In this document: piece after piece, positions 12,301 through 24,596 of the stretch | Layout: the number at the start of each line of letters is the position of its first letter | Position numbering within the stretch: position 1 is the stretch's first letter | Assembly: GCF_001194135.2 (NCBI RefSeq) | Contig: NC_068990.1 | Span: forward strand, 55,319,370 to 55,383,369 | DNA: 64,000 bases | Reading direction: 5' to 3' | Source of the DNA: Octopus bimaculoides | Taxonomy: Eukaryota | The notes under the pieces: generated by a model | Told to the model about the DNA's origin: nothing | Database searches by the model: none | What the model saw: the letters and a program-made list of their open reading frames with translations, nothing else | Translations under genes and position numbers: made by a program

Positions 12301-14610
12301 TGCTGGTCTTCCATAAACAACTTTGCCTGGACTTGTGCCTTGGAGGGGACTTCCTAGTTGTAATCCACTGGTCATTCATGACCGAAGAGAGTTTTACTCT
12401 TTTACCTGCAATTCTAGCATCCAATTCAACCTTCTGCTTCTTATCGCTCCTGAATACAGCCCTGACATACTTGAACTTTTCAACTTGTTTCATATCATAG
12501 GAAATAAAAACATTGGGTATAAAGATACATTTTTTTTATAGCACACATGCAGTTGTTATAATATATTGATTTATTTAAACAGGCATGTGTCATGTCATTT
12601 CAATTTGAACAACAACCTGTGAAAAAAACAACGGAGAATCGAAGTCCAAAAACAGAAAATGAAGTAAATTTTAAAGAAAAGCTTAAGGAAATATCCAAGT
12701 ATAAAGTGCTGCCATCATTTTTCCTTTCAACATTTTTGGCAGCAAATGCAAGTCCAATATTTTCCATGATGGTGGTTGATTTTGGAATTGAAAAAGGTCT
12801 GAAATTATTCATTTTATTGTTAAATTTTTTAAATATTAAAGTAAAGAAAAATCAATACAATGTTATATAAATTACAGTGATTTTATATTGTATACAAGTA
12901 TTATGGATTAATCAAATACAAATCTGTTATACAGGTCTTTATTTGATTTATTCAAAACTTTATCTTCAAAGACATCATAGTACAAAATATTGAAAACCTG
13001 CAAAGATGAACAAAACAAAATTGCTGCTACTACTGACAACAATGATTTCACTACTAATGATGATGATGATGTTGTCACTGATGCTGATGACTATCATCAT
13101 TATCATCATCAGCGTCACATAATTCTTTTATGTCTGCTTTTCCTTGGGTCTTCTACAGAGTGCCTCACAATTTGTTGCTGTCATTTGTCATCTACTTTTT
13201 GAAGTTCAGCCACTTGAAATCAGCTTTCAGCACCCCTTCCTATGTCCCTCTCTTCTGGACGCTCCTTCTGCTTTGATAGCTTAGCACTTCTTCATGCACT
13301 ACATGTCTCTGCCAGCTCAATCTACTCTCTTGCACACTTCATCATCTGACTCTTCTCATATCCAGTTTTTCTTTCAGCATATTTGTGCTCTACAGTTCAT
13401 GCACTTTAAAACAACACATCCAATAGAGCATGCTTACTTCATTTCTTTAGAGACTTGGTGCATCCTCTGTATTCAATGCTTATATTTACTACAATGCAAC
13501 ATTGAATTTCTGATATAAACTTGATACAATCTGAGAGATTTGAATTCTGAATATAAAAATACAAATTGGATACTTTAAATATTTTAGTCTGGTACTCTAA
13601 CATTTCCTCGATTCCAACACATTTATTGAATCAATCATATTAACCTGTTAGTTACCAACCCAGCTGAAACTGGTTCTGGCTTTATAGTACAAATGTCTTA
13701 TTTTCATAAGTTTTGAATTAAAATCTTCCATCAAACCTTAGTCACAATTTATGTTCCTAACACTAGCTTAATGATAACTAAGTTATTTTACTAAATTCTT
13801 TGTTATATTTAAAATAATTGAAAGAAACACAGAGCATCTCAAAATAAATATGGTAACAAAATGGTTAACACACCTATGAACTGTGGATTTGTGTTGTTAT
13901 TACTGTTTAGTACTTTGTTCCACAAAGAGTTTAGCTAGCAGTTAGGTATCTTTCATTCCTTGGCTCTCAACCAACGATCAAAAGTATTACAGCTGTAGCT
14001 GTCTCATATTTTTAAAAGACATGATGCATCCAGTTTCAAAGATTTCAATGCATTCTTCTTTTCTAAGATGGCAGGGAGTTTTTTGAGGGAAACTTGGTTG
14101 CTATTTCTGGAAAGTCACATGACCATATAGAAGATTCCTCATTGGTTTGTGTGGACTAGCATTATATCAACTGATGAAACAGTGTCATGTTCATGCATTA
14201 ACGAGAAGCTATTCTTATGAATATTTTGAGAAAACATAAACAAACTCAGCAAGCCTTAAACTATATGCATAATTGCTTGAACTGGTTATCTGGTGACATT
14301 ATTACATTAATGACAACCAACTTATTCAAAGATATATTTGATAAATGCTGGGAGAAGAATAAATCTGAAATATTCTGTGAAGGAGAAAACGAAAAAGAAT
14401 AAAAAGCAACAAATAACAATTCTTTCTACTATAGGTATAAAGCCTAAAATTTTGAGGTGAAGAGACTTGTTGATTACATTGACCCTGAAAGGATGAAAGA
14501 TAAAGTTGATCTCAGCAGAATTTCAGGCTGTTCTGTTGATCAGATCAACAAGAACACTTATCATCATGCCAGTATATACACACACACATGTATGTATGTA
14601 TGTATGTATG

Positions 14611-14644
<34 letters not shown>

Positions 14645-15669
14645 TGTGTGTGTGTATGTATATATATGTATATATATATATGTGTGTGTGTATATATATA
14701 TATATGTATATATATATATGTATATATCTATATATGTATATATATATGTATATATATATGTATATATATANNNNNNNNNNNNNNNNNNNNNNNNNNNNNN
14801 NNNNNNNNNNNNNNNNNNNNNNNNNNNNNNNNNNNNNNNNNNNNNNNNNNNNNNNNNNNNNNNNNNNNNNNNNNNNNNNNNNNNNNNNNNNNNNNNNNNN
14901 NNNNNNNNNNNNNNNNNNNNNNNNNNNNNNNNNNNNNNNNNNNNNNNNNNNNNNNNNNNNNNNNNNNNNNNNNNNNNNNNNNNNNNNNNNNNNNNNNNNN
15001 NNNNNNNNNNNNNNNNNNNNNNNNNNNNNNNNNNNNNNNNNNNNNNNNNNNNNNNNNNNNNNNNNNNNNNNNNNNNNNNNNNNNNNNNNNNNNNNNNNNN
15101 NNNNNNNNNNNNNNNNNNNNNNNNNNNNNNNNNNNNNNNNNNNNNNNNNNNNNNNNNNNNNNNNNNNNNNNNNNNNNNNNNNNNNNNNNNNNNNNNNNNN
15201 NNNNNNNNNNNNNNNNNNNNNNNNNNNNNNNNNNNNNNNNNNNNNNNNNNNNNNNNNNNNNNNNNNNNNNNNNNNNNNNNNNNNNNNNNNNNNNNNNNNN
15301 NNNNNNNNNNNNNNNNNNNNNNNNNNNNNNNNNNNNNNNNNNNNNNNNNNNNNNNNNNNNNNNNNNNNNNNNNNNNNNNNNNNNNNNNNNNNNNNNNNNN
15401 NNNNNNNNNNNNNNNNNNNNNNNNNNNNNNNNNNNNNNNNNNNNNNNNNNNNNNNNNNNNNNNNNNNNNNNNNNNNNNNNNNNNNNNNNNNNNNNNNNNN
15501 NNNNNNNNNNNNNNNNNNNNNNNNNNNNNNNNNNNNNNNNNNNNNNNNNNNNNNNNNNNNNNNNNNNNNNNNNNNNNNNNNNNNNNNNNNNNNNNNNNNN
15601 NNNNNNNNNNNNNNNNNNNNNNNNNNNNNNNNNNNNNNNNNNNNNNNNNNNNNNATGTATATATATATG

Positions 15670-15728
<59 letters not shown>

Positions 15729-17657
15729 ATTTTTCCAGCAGGATTAAAGCATAGATTCCATAACTCTATAAATTCTATGAGCCAATGGGTTATTATTGGA
15801 TTCTCTGTACTTTTGGTTATTGTTGATAATATAGCTTACTAATGCTTTCTAAATTGTTTTTTTTTTCTTTTTTATATAGGCTATGGTATGCACAGAAGTA
15901 CTGTCTTCCTGATTGTGTACAGCTTTTGTACAACTGTGGGACGTCTACTTGCTGGATTAGCTAGTGCCTGTCGACTGTCAGGCATGTTTACATATTTGAT
16001 CTCAGGCATAATTTCTTCAGTACTGATCATTGCTTTAGCTTTTGCAAATAATGATAATGTCATTATTACATTTCTAACTTTTATCGGTCTCTTTATGGGA
16101 TGTTTTACCACAGTAGCCCTTGTTTCACTACTGGAAATGGTTGGAAGTGGGAATTACCAATTTTGTTTTGGATTCTATACTACAATAACAGGTTTGGGAT
16201 ATTTAACCTGTGGCCCATTAGCAGGTAGGTTTTCTAAACAAAATAATTATTTAAGTTATTCATCTTTGTTGTTGTAGTATTGCTGATTTGATTGCTTGTG
16301 GCTATGCTGTTCTGATGATTCCAAAGAAGGATGAATAACATGGCTATCAATGATTAGATACTTTAAAATCTTTATAATGTGCAGGAACAAAAAATATATA
16401 TATATGTCTACTCCAAATTTTCAAATCTTCAACTTAACTTAATCTAGAAAGGATTGTCTCCTCTATGATAATTAACTACCAGGGACACACTACATGTTTG
16501 AATAGCTCTAGCTGTGTTCTCTTAAAATCATCATCATCATCATTTAACGTCCGTTTTCCATGCTGGGATGGGTTGGATGGTTCGACGGGAGTCTGGGAAG
16601 CCAGGAATCTGTACCAAGCCCCAATCTGATCTGGCAGTATTTCTACAGCTGGATGCCCTTCTGAATACCAACCACTGTAGTGGGTACTTTTTACATGCCA
16701 CCAGCACAGGGGCCAGAGGAGCTGGCATTAACCACAATCGGATGGTGCTTTTTACGTGCCACCAGCACAAAAGCCAGTCAAAGCGACACTGGCATCGGCC
16801 ACGTTCGGATAGTGCTTTTTACGTGCTACCAGCACGGAGCTCACAACTACAATTTCTATTTGATTTGATTTTGATATTGCTGTTGATGTACTTGATTCAA
16901 TAGGTCTCCTCAAGCACGGCATGTCACCCTACAATCCAAGGAACTTTTTGAGTGGGCTGGTTATGTGACACTGGTGTAGGTTACAGCTGTGAACTCACTT
17001 TATTTGTCGGGTCTTCTCAGTCACAGCATACCTCCAGAGATCTCGGTCTTTTGTCATTGCCTCTGTGAGACCCAACGTTCGAAGGTCATACTTCACCACC
17101 TCATCCCATGTCTCCCTCTACCCCAGATTCCTTCCACCATTTGAGAGTGGCACTTCTTCACACAGCTCTCCTTGTCCATCCGCAGTACATGACCATACCA
17201 ACGCAAACGTCCCTCTTGCATGCCATATCCAATACTTCTTATGTCTAACATTTCTCTTAGGGCGCTTACACTGTCGTGTGTGTACACTGACATTACACAT
17301 CCTGTGGATCATGCTAGCTCCATTTCTTTCGGGCCTACCTGGCAACAACAATTGCAGCAAGATGAGCAGGAAAAATGCCGCTTCTAACTCATCATGATAG
17401 AGAAAACAATATGAAATAGTGACCTGAAACCCTTATCTGCACTTGGAAAGAAAATACTTGGACAGGCTTGTAAAATTTGTTTGTAAAGAAGAATGGCACA
17501 TGCTTGGGTATGTGGTAATAAGTTTGCTACTCAACCACATGGTTCTGGGTTCAGTCTCACTGTGTAGCACATTGGGCAGATGTCTTCTGCTTATAGCCTT
17601 GGGCTGACCAAAGCCTTGTCAGTGGATATCGTAAAGGGAAAGTGAAAGTAGCCCTTG

Positions 17658-17688
<31 letters not shown>

Positions 17689-20130
17689 ATTTATGTCTTT
17701 GTGTCAGTGTTTGTCCCCCACCACCACAAATTGACAATCAATGTTAGTGTGTTTATGTCCCTGTAACCTAGCAGTTCAGCAGAACGAAACTGAAAGAATA
17801 AGTACCAGATTTAAAAAAAAAAAATAATAATAAATAATAATAATGAATATTGGAATCAATTCATTCAATTAAAATTCAAGTTGGTACCCCAGTCTAATTA
17901 CTGAAACAATTAAAAGATAAATGATAAAAGTAATTGTAACTACAAGATAAACCTTTTTGCAAGGTAGACTTGCTCTGAAGAAAAAAAAAATGGTGAATAT
18001 ACAATTATTACAGACATGAGGGACAAATAACTCACAAAAGTCCGGTTGTAGTGTAAACGAGCATTTACAATAGACTTCTCATTTTCTGTTGTTATTCTGA
18101 GATGGGAGTAAATCTCTGCATTTGACAGAATATCACAATATATTCCTTGCTCTTGGTTAAGTGTGAGTATCAAATATCTTTCTCTCTGTATCTACCACTC
18201 TTCTGTGGTTTTGGCTTGATGTTTATTAGGTGTAATGTTCTTATACTTGGATTGAGTATTTCCTTCTGAGGTGTTTGATACCTGAACTTTTATACTGGTA
18301 ACCTTGTTATTGTTGTCATCATCATCACTACTGCTATTGTTGTCATCATCATTTAATGTCTGTTTTTCATGCTGGAATGGGTTGGACGGTTTGACAGGAG
18401 CTGCACCAGGCTCCAGTTGACTGTTTTTGCATGGCTGGATACCCTTCCTAATGCCACCCACTTTACAGAATGTATTGGATGCTTTTTATGTGATGCCAGT
18501 ATGGGTGCCTTTTACAAGACACCAGCATGGATGCTTTTTAGGTGGCACCAGCACAGGTGCTCAAAGTATGTATAAAGATGTTTTTTTGTTTTGTTTTTTG
18601 TATAAAACATGAAAAACAGATCTTTACACATACTTTGAGATTTTCTCTTTACACAAGATATTTGATGTAATTTTTCAATTGGCTTTTAAGAGCAGCTTGT
18701 TTTCTGGTTGCTAAATATCAATGTTTCTTATTATATGTTTAAGAAATTTACTTCACAATCAACTTAGTTCTGGGTTCAGTCTAACTACATGGCATTTTGG
18801 GTATATGTTTTAAACTACAGAACATTATTAAATACTTCTTTTTTTAATTCTTTAAACTACTAGGCACAAGGCCTAAAACTTTGTGGGACAGAGCTAGTTG
18901 GTTACATCAGCCCCAGTATTTAACTGGTACTTATTTTTATCAACCCTCAAAGGATGAAAAGCAAAGTCAACCTCAACTGAATTAGAGTTCAGAACATAAA
19001 AGCCGGAAAAAATGCCACTAAACATTTTGTCGGGTGTACTAAAGATTCGGTCAGCTCTCCACCTTACTTTTTCTACCTACGATAACTATTTCAAATGTTT
19101 GCCACAAGGGCAGATTGGGGGAGGTGGAGATGAGTCGACTACATTGACCCCAGTGTTCAACTGGTACTCATTTTATTGACCTCTAAAGGATGACGGGCAA
19201 AGTCAACCTTGGCAAAATTTGAACTCAGAACGTAGCAACAGGTAAAACATCACTAAACATTTCATTCAGCATGCTTCTGATTCTGCCAGCTCACCACCTT
19301 TTTTCTATCTGTAAAAATAAATGCAAAATTCTGTCTGTCCATCCATCTGGGACCTCTGTATCTTAGTCTACATTTGCTGTACATAGACATATTATACCTT
19401 TTTGGAATCAGGATGATCCTAGACTTGAAAATCTGGACTTGAAAATCTACCCGTCATTTGGTTCTTTAAATTCAGCACTGGAATCAGGTTTGGATGAGGA
19501 TGTGTTATATGCTAACAGTTGAAAATTCAAACATTAATAAAACTCCAAAAATTTGTGAACTTACAAGTTTTACATTTGAATTGAATTTAAAGTAATACCA
19601 TATTGGTAGGGTACCAATAAATGCTTTGTTATAATTACTCTCTTTAGTTTTGGGATACAGGCCCAATTCACCCTCTGCAAGAGTGAGCTTAACAGTCTGC
19701 ACAGCATGTGGCTTTTATGCTTAGTTATTTAATAAACGAAGCATAGTTATTAAGTCTTCCTATTTTGCATTTCAGCTTTATTTTTATCATAATATTTTAA
19801 AATATTATTTTATAATTTTCAAGACACATCTAACTACATTTTATGTCACACAAGACATAGAGGTCTATTATTAGCTTGTACTTTTTCTTGTTTTATGTTG
19901 TCCTAAATATAATCCAAATACTTGTCAATTTATTCATAATAGGTTTCATTGCTGATCTTGCCAAGTCATACAGTAAATCTTACATGGCTGCTGGGCTATT
20001 CATGGGTGCTTCTGCATGCCTCATCATCGTGACAATTCTAATCACTGGAGAGAAGCATTTGCTTCATAGACGAATACCATATGCAATGAGTGACAATGAA
20101 GAATCAAAAACCAGTGATAGCATTCTTTAG
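3614..20130 (+). CDS. SLC16/monocarboxylate transporter-like MFS protein, 6 coding exons, 2049 nt = 682 aa + stop (gene span)
   Basis: Exons 3614-4571, 5294-5437, 9104-9303, 12583-12796, 15880-16224 and 19943-20130 join in frame through GT-AG introns. About 12 hydrophobic segments; MFS motif-A-like LISKFGLR; 'IYGWNG' and TM8 'VGRL' are typical of SLC16. The paralog cannot be assigned. Confidence 0.85.
4841..5130. repeat. Foldback element: ~105-bp inverted arms, ~45-nt loop
   Basis: 4841-4946 pairs with 4992-5130; the right arm has a 31-nt internal duplication. Confidence 0.9.
5294..5437 (+). CDS. SLC16-like coding exon 2 ([15 protein letters not shown]...GIVS)
   Basis: tttctag| acceptor, |gtatgt donor, phase 1-1. 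Confidence 0.9.
6540..7150 (-). mobile_element. Degenerate maT (DD37D) Tc1/mariner transposase C-terminal remnant
   Basis: QQ(E)[64 protein letters not shown]; 37 residues between the second and third catalytic positions; contains stops and frameshifts. Confidence 0.8.
8777..9003 (+). mobile_element. TTAA MITE family 2 (~220 bp, ccctttagcatt-type TIR)
   Basis: TTAA at both ends. Other copies at ~34005-34610, 38353-38563, 50443-50665(-), 55013-55240(-), 55237-55443(+), 60330-60474(-), 61250-61415(-). Confidence 0.8.
9104..9303 (+). CDS. SLC16-like coding exon 3 ([12 protein letters not shown]...AGIILQ)
   Basis: ttacag| acceptor, |gtaatt donor, phase 1-0. Confidence 0.9.
9466..9908 (-). mobile_element. 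Second copy of the (ATT)n-flanked ~500-bp element
   Basis: Reverse complement of 1759-2200. Confidence 0.75.
10586..10990 (+). mobile_element. tRNA-derived SINE family A (A/B boxes, CORE-like ccttgggcaagt, internal (TA/TG)n)
   Basis: tggctgtgtggtaag / gggttcagtccc head. Further copies at ~17505-17912, 25930-26510, 29620-29975, 29990-30215(-), 31330-31925, 32575-32885, 38212-38352, 46835-47190, 51963-52372, 55920-56330, 62538-62995. Confidence 0.88.
11530..11990 (-). mobile_element. RTE-clade LINE 3' ORF remnant
   Basis: [21 protein letters not shown]...[11 protein letters not shown] matches the RTE 'WVMTER.RSRVQAAEMGFLRRV...D.VRSS.IRE' pattern. Confidence 0.7.
12065..12420 (+). mobile_element. 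tRNA-derived SINE (tggctcagtggttagagc head) with an internal ~30-bp duplication
   Basis: A/B boxes; gccttt(g/c)cccttggataacat-like block occurs twice. Confidence 0.7.
12583..12796 (+). CDS. SLC16-like coding exon 4 (central loop + TM7)
   Basis: aaacag| acceptor; weak |gtctga donor but phase-compatible with the next exon (0-1). Confidence 0.8.
13640..13868 (+). mobile_element. TTAA MITE family 1 (221 bp) with termini matching the piggyBac at 52833-53849
   Basis: TTAA-cctgttagttaccaacccagctg ... aaatatggtaacaaaatgg-TTAA; truncated inverted copy at 38117-38205. Confidence 0.8.
15880..16224 (+). CDS. SLC16-like coding exon 5 (TM8-TM11)
   Basis: long poly-T tract + tag| acceptor, |gtaggt donor, phase 1-1. 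Confidence 0.9.
16527..17400 (-). mobile_element. RTE LINE 3' end with (TGA)n tail
   Basis: [11 protein letters not shown]...GRGR motif; the same tail is found in many short copies across the window. Confidence 0.85.
19943..20130 (+). CDS. SLC16-like last coding exon ([11 protein letters not shown]...TM12, TAG)
   Basis: aatag| acceptor; G.+AD...SY motif typical of SLC16 loop 11-12; TAG ends at 20130. Confidence 0.88.
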
Positions 20131-20330
20131 GTTAATGGTTTCCCAAACACAATCTTCAGATGTGGAATCTTTTTGTAGTATTTTCCGAAAATTTCAGAAC
20201 TCATACATTTGTTTTATGGACAATCCTCTACATCCTTATAAGATATTAAACAAAAAATTGTTTTGGAGAAAAAGTTTATTCATGTACAAAAAACCCCAAA
20301 AAATACATTGTTTTGAAATGGCAAACATCA

Positions 20331-20374
<44 letters not shown>

Positions 20375-21609
20375 AAAATTTAACAAATTCCTTATTGTGA
20401 ACAACCCCAGAATTTTTTCTCAGAACAATAGGTTTCTTGAAATGCATTTTGAGAAAAAATGCCTTAGATAGCCAAGATGAATGTATTGTACTTACCAAAA
20501 AAATCTCTTAATGAATTTAAAAAAATGTTATTTAGTGCAAGGATAACAAATTTAAGCAAAATGTTATGGCCATTTGAACTGTCCTAGTAATCAACTAGAA
20601 TTTATTTCATTGATCCCACTTCTTGAGGGATAAAAGGCAAAGTCTATATGAATGAGATTTGAACTCAAAATGTTGGAGAAGGAAAATCATACTCTAAAGG
20701 ATGTAATTTAATGCTTTACTATTTCTGACACAGAGTCACTTTTCTTTTTTTAAACTCTTAAATAAATAAATGAATAATTTGTTGTATTTCTAACAAAACA
20801 TTATTCATTTTATTGGCCTTGGAGAAAAAGAAATGAAAGGTAAATTTGACCTCTGTGGAATATAATAAGCTCAGAATGTATAAGGGGCATAAATTAATAC
20901 TTCAAGAATTTTTTATCTCTACTGATTCAACCATTCATTGGTTTTTTTTGATCCCTTAAATATCAAGTAAAATAGTTGTCTGGATATGATCCAAGTGAAA
21001 TATGAGCTCAATATATATATAGGGGCATAAATAAATAAATAAATAAATGCATAATTTTAACTGATGCTCTTCTTACTCTGCCACCAATTGATCCCTTAAT
21101 AAATAACAATATCAAGTAACTGTTTGAATTTTATACCCATTTTTATATATTTTATTTCTTATTTTAATGCTTAAAGAATAATAAATTTTATTAAAATGTA
21201 CCATGGAATCAACTTGTTGTTTGTGTTCTTATATATTTTTCACCTCTATCTGCCAATATTTGTTTTATTTGCTAGAAATAACAAATAATTCTCAGATCAT
21301 GCTGTAATATTTTTAAAGAAAAAAAAAAGGATATGTTGGATAATTTAGTCTTAAATGCACATAAAAAAAAGACAATGGAATGGTGATCATTAAAATACCT
21401 TTTATCATGTATATGCTAGAGCAGAGTGAAACAATAATTGCAAATAATAAGCAGCAAGGAGCTTATTATCTGGTTCTTCCTCCTGCTAAAAATAACTATA
21501 AAATCTCTCTCAAATCCTTCTGTTTTAAGAAAAGTGAGTCTCAAAGCAAATAAATCTATAAATATGTAAATAATAGGTTGAAAACCCTTTGAATAGAAAA
21601 AAAGTTGGA

Positions 21610-21678
21610 GGCTGCCTATAGGATTTGAACCCACACCTGTAGACATGCCAGGGGTTCTACCATTGAACCAGAGTAATC
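21610..21678 (-). pseudogene. tRNA-like remnant (degenerate; SINE head or tRNA pseudogene)
   Basis: tggttcaatggtag (A box), ggttcaaatcc (B box); anticodon loop is non-canonical. Confidence 0.35.
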
Positions 21679-21979
21679 TTTTCAACTTCTCTTTCCATTT
21701 TAGAAACTTTAATTCTTACCGGTGAGGACTGTATGTTGTTGATGACATAAGAATTCAGAAATTTTGAGAATGTGAAATAATTCTTTTTTAGGAACAGTGA
21801 ATCTTAAAGAAAATAACACTATAAATGTTTTCAAATTGGGGCACAAGGCCAGCAGTTTTCAGTAGAGAAGGAAAGTTAATTACACCAACCTCAGTACTTG
21901 ACTGGTACTTATTTTATTGATCCTGAAAGGACGACAGGCCAAGTTAACCTCAGTGGAATTTGAACTCAAAAGATAAAGA

Positions 21980-22315
21980 TGGACAAACGCTGCTAAACAC
22001 TGAAATTAATGTGCAAGTGGCTGAGCACTTCACAGACACGTGTACCCTTAACATAGTTCTCGGGGATATTCAGCGTGACACAGTGTGACAAGGCTGACCC
22101 TTTGAATTACAGGCACAACAGAAACAGGAAGTAAGAGTGAGAGAAAGTTGTGGTGAAAGAGTACAGCAGGGTTCGCCACCATCCCCTGCCGGAGCCTCGT
22201 GGAGCTTTAGGTGTTTTCGCTCAATAAACACTCACAACACCCGGTCTGGGAATCAAAACTGCAATCCTATGACCGCAAGTCTGCTGCCCTAACCACTGGG
22301 CCATTGCGCCTCCAC
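21980..22315 (-). mobile_element. tRNA-derived SINE family B (gtggaggcgcaatgg head)
   Basis: Reverse complement of 34201-34510. Confidence 0.85.
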
Positions 22316-22926
22316 CAAACTCTATAAGTAAAAGTAAAGTTACCTTCTCAAGTCATACTGACTCATAAGGGTCAGTTTCCCCAGTTTCATGGCATATATA
22401 CTGGACGGAACACCAATCCGTTGCAGGATTACTCGTTTGTGCCAGCTGAGTAGACTGAAGCAATGTGAAATGAAAAGTTTTGTTCAAGAACGTAACGTGT
22501 CACATAGTCCAGGAATTGAAACCACAATCTTATGATCATGAATTCAATACCTTAACCACTAAGCCACACACCTCCACTGCTAAACACTATGTTTAAATAC
22601 ACAAAAAAAGTACTTGATGGTAACAACAAAACATTTTTGATTACAGATATATTCAATCAGGTCAGACACCAGAGAAAACACTATTGATGAAATTGAACAT
22701 TGATTCCTAACTTACGGTCAAAGCTGTAAATTTATGCAAAAGTGAAATGGGATAATGTAACATTCATGCTTTTTTTATGAGCATTAGTAAAGTAACATAA
22801 AAGAATTATCTTTAACCAAGAATTCAAACTGACCCATAGAATTGGCTTGCCCTTACTAAGCATTCTAATCATCAGCTTAACATTGCCTAATCACCTTGAT
22901 CTCCTCGCTTAGGGGAGTTTGAAGAT

Positions 22927-23115
22927 ATAATTGTATACTCTCTTCAAATAAATATAATTGTATACTCTCTTCAAATAAATATAATTGTATACTCTCTTCA
23001 AATAAATATAATTGTATACTTTATTCAAATAAATATAATTGTATACTCTTTTCAAATAAATATAATTGTATACTCTATTCAAATAAATATAATAGTATAC
23101 TCTATTCAAATAAAT
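22927..23115. repeat. 27-bp minisatellite, 7 copies (ataattgtatactctcttcaaataaat)
   Basis: Directly visible head-to-tail units without spacers. Confidence 0.95.
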
Positions 23116-24362
23116 GAGAAAGCAAAGCATATTATTTTTCCGTTTGTTTTTCGCTTAATTTTTGAGGGAGGTCAGGTTCATTTTTAATATTTTCATTTGT
23201 GAGAGCAGTTGGGTTCGTTTTCAGCATTTTCGTTTGTGAGAGCAGTCAAATCTATTTCAGATATTCTCATTTTAAAAATAATCTCTGCCTAATCATTGAG
23301 AGGACGTTGGTGTTGCTTTGGCAGAGGTTTGCGCTCTCTGAGTGCTCTTGTTTTTATTGATTTTGGTCTGAAGGTAAGAGCTTCTGTCCCTGACATTTGA
23401 AGGTTTCCCAAGACTGATGAGATAATACAGTAAATATAACACAACAACAAAAACAAATAAACAAACAATCTTGGCTTTGAACTTGTTGCAGGAATATTTA
23501 GTCACTACATCCAATGTCACAACTGACTAGAATAAGGAAATTCTGACCAATGGAACACCGCCTAGAGCTGACCTTCTGTAGAGATTCTAGCTTTTGGAGC
23601 TGTCTCTCTGAGCTGATTTTTTGTTACAAAAGCATCACTTCTCAGACACCTAAGGCAGAGCACCCACAGCTCTAAAAGCTGTCACACAGAGTACTGGGAG
23701 GGCACACACAGAGAAAACTGAAAGAATGGCCTAGCTGAAGAGATGACCTGTTGACTTGACTGCTGATCAACTTCTGAATTTCCTTGTCTGCCTCCACAGT
23801 GACATGAAGGAAAACAACATCCCAACTCTCCACAATTTGGTCATTCATTGTAATATCTTCCTGGTAAATAAAGAAAATAAATACCTCCTTAATGGAAAAT
23901 CTCTCAACCAGGTTTCTGTCTTTATCATTATTTCATCTTTGTTACAAACTTTTGAAGCTTAATTGTGGTCAAAAGAAGGGCTGTGGTTGTCTAGTATTGC
24001 AAGATTTGGATCTTAGTAGTTTTCGTCACAGTTTACAATTATCTTTAAAAATAAGTTTTCAGTGTATCATATAAACGTAATTTTTGATGCTGAATCCAAA
24101 TTTGTTATTCATTTATTCAAGTAAAATTTTGCAAAAATGTTACAGGTGTTCAAAGCTTGATAATTTTCAGAATTTTCAGCCAATCAGAAAACAGCACGTT
24201 CACTACCTCTTCCATCATTGGGAGGGGAGGGGGGCACCAGCATGCCCAAACATTGGTAGAAATAACAGTCAAAACATTAGAATATACATGAAGTTAACAT
24301 TAAAACATTTGTGGGCAAATTAAAGATCTAAAAGCTACGAACAAACAAATCAACAGGTGTTA

Positions 24363-24596
24363 CTAGAAATAACAGTTGAAACATTGTTTAAAACAGACAT
24401 TTATTAGTTTAAAAAATTCAAGAATGAAAGTTTGCAATACACACATACACACAAACATTCACATACCTCCCTTTTACATACACACACATATACTCACACA
24501 GAGTTGAAACACTCCCACTACCAGTTTGCCATCACCCCTTCCTTCCTCATTCATATGTTGTGATGGAGAAAAACACAAGAATATTATTATAGTAGA
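24363..24596 (-). mobile_element. Probable non-autonomous Helitron
   Basis: A|TCTACTATAAT 5' end and CTAG|T 3' end; the hairpin has decayed. Confidence 0.45.

Noticed and set aside
14771-15654. Missing exons hidden in assembly gaps
   Set aside because: Both exon chains are phase-consistent and the proteins are continuous across all gaps
16300-16352. ctgatga-ttcc...ggat-gaat hammerhead-like stretch
   Set aside because: No GAAA, no stem III or NUH site; compatible with chance
22927-23115. Regular 27-bp repeats as a CRISPR-like array or repeat protein (KRVYNYIYL)n
   Set aside because: No spacers, eukaryotic context, no splice or start support; it is a minisatellite
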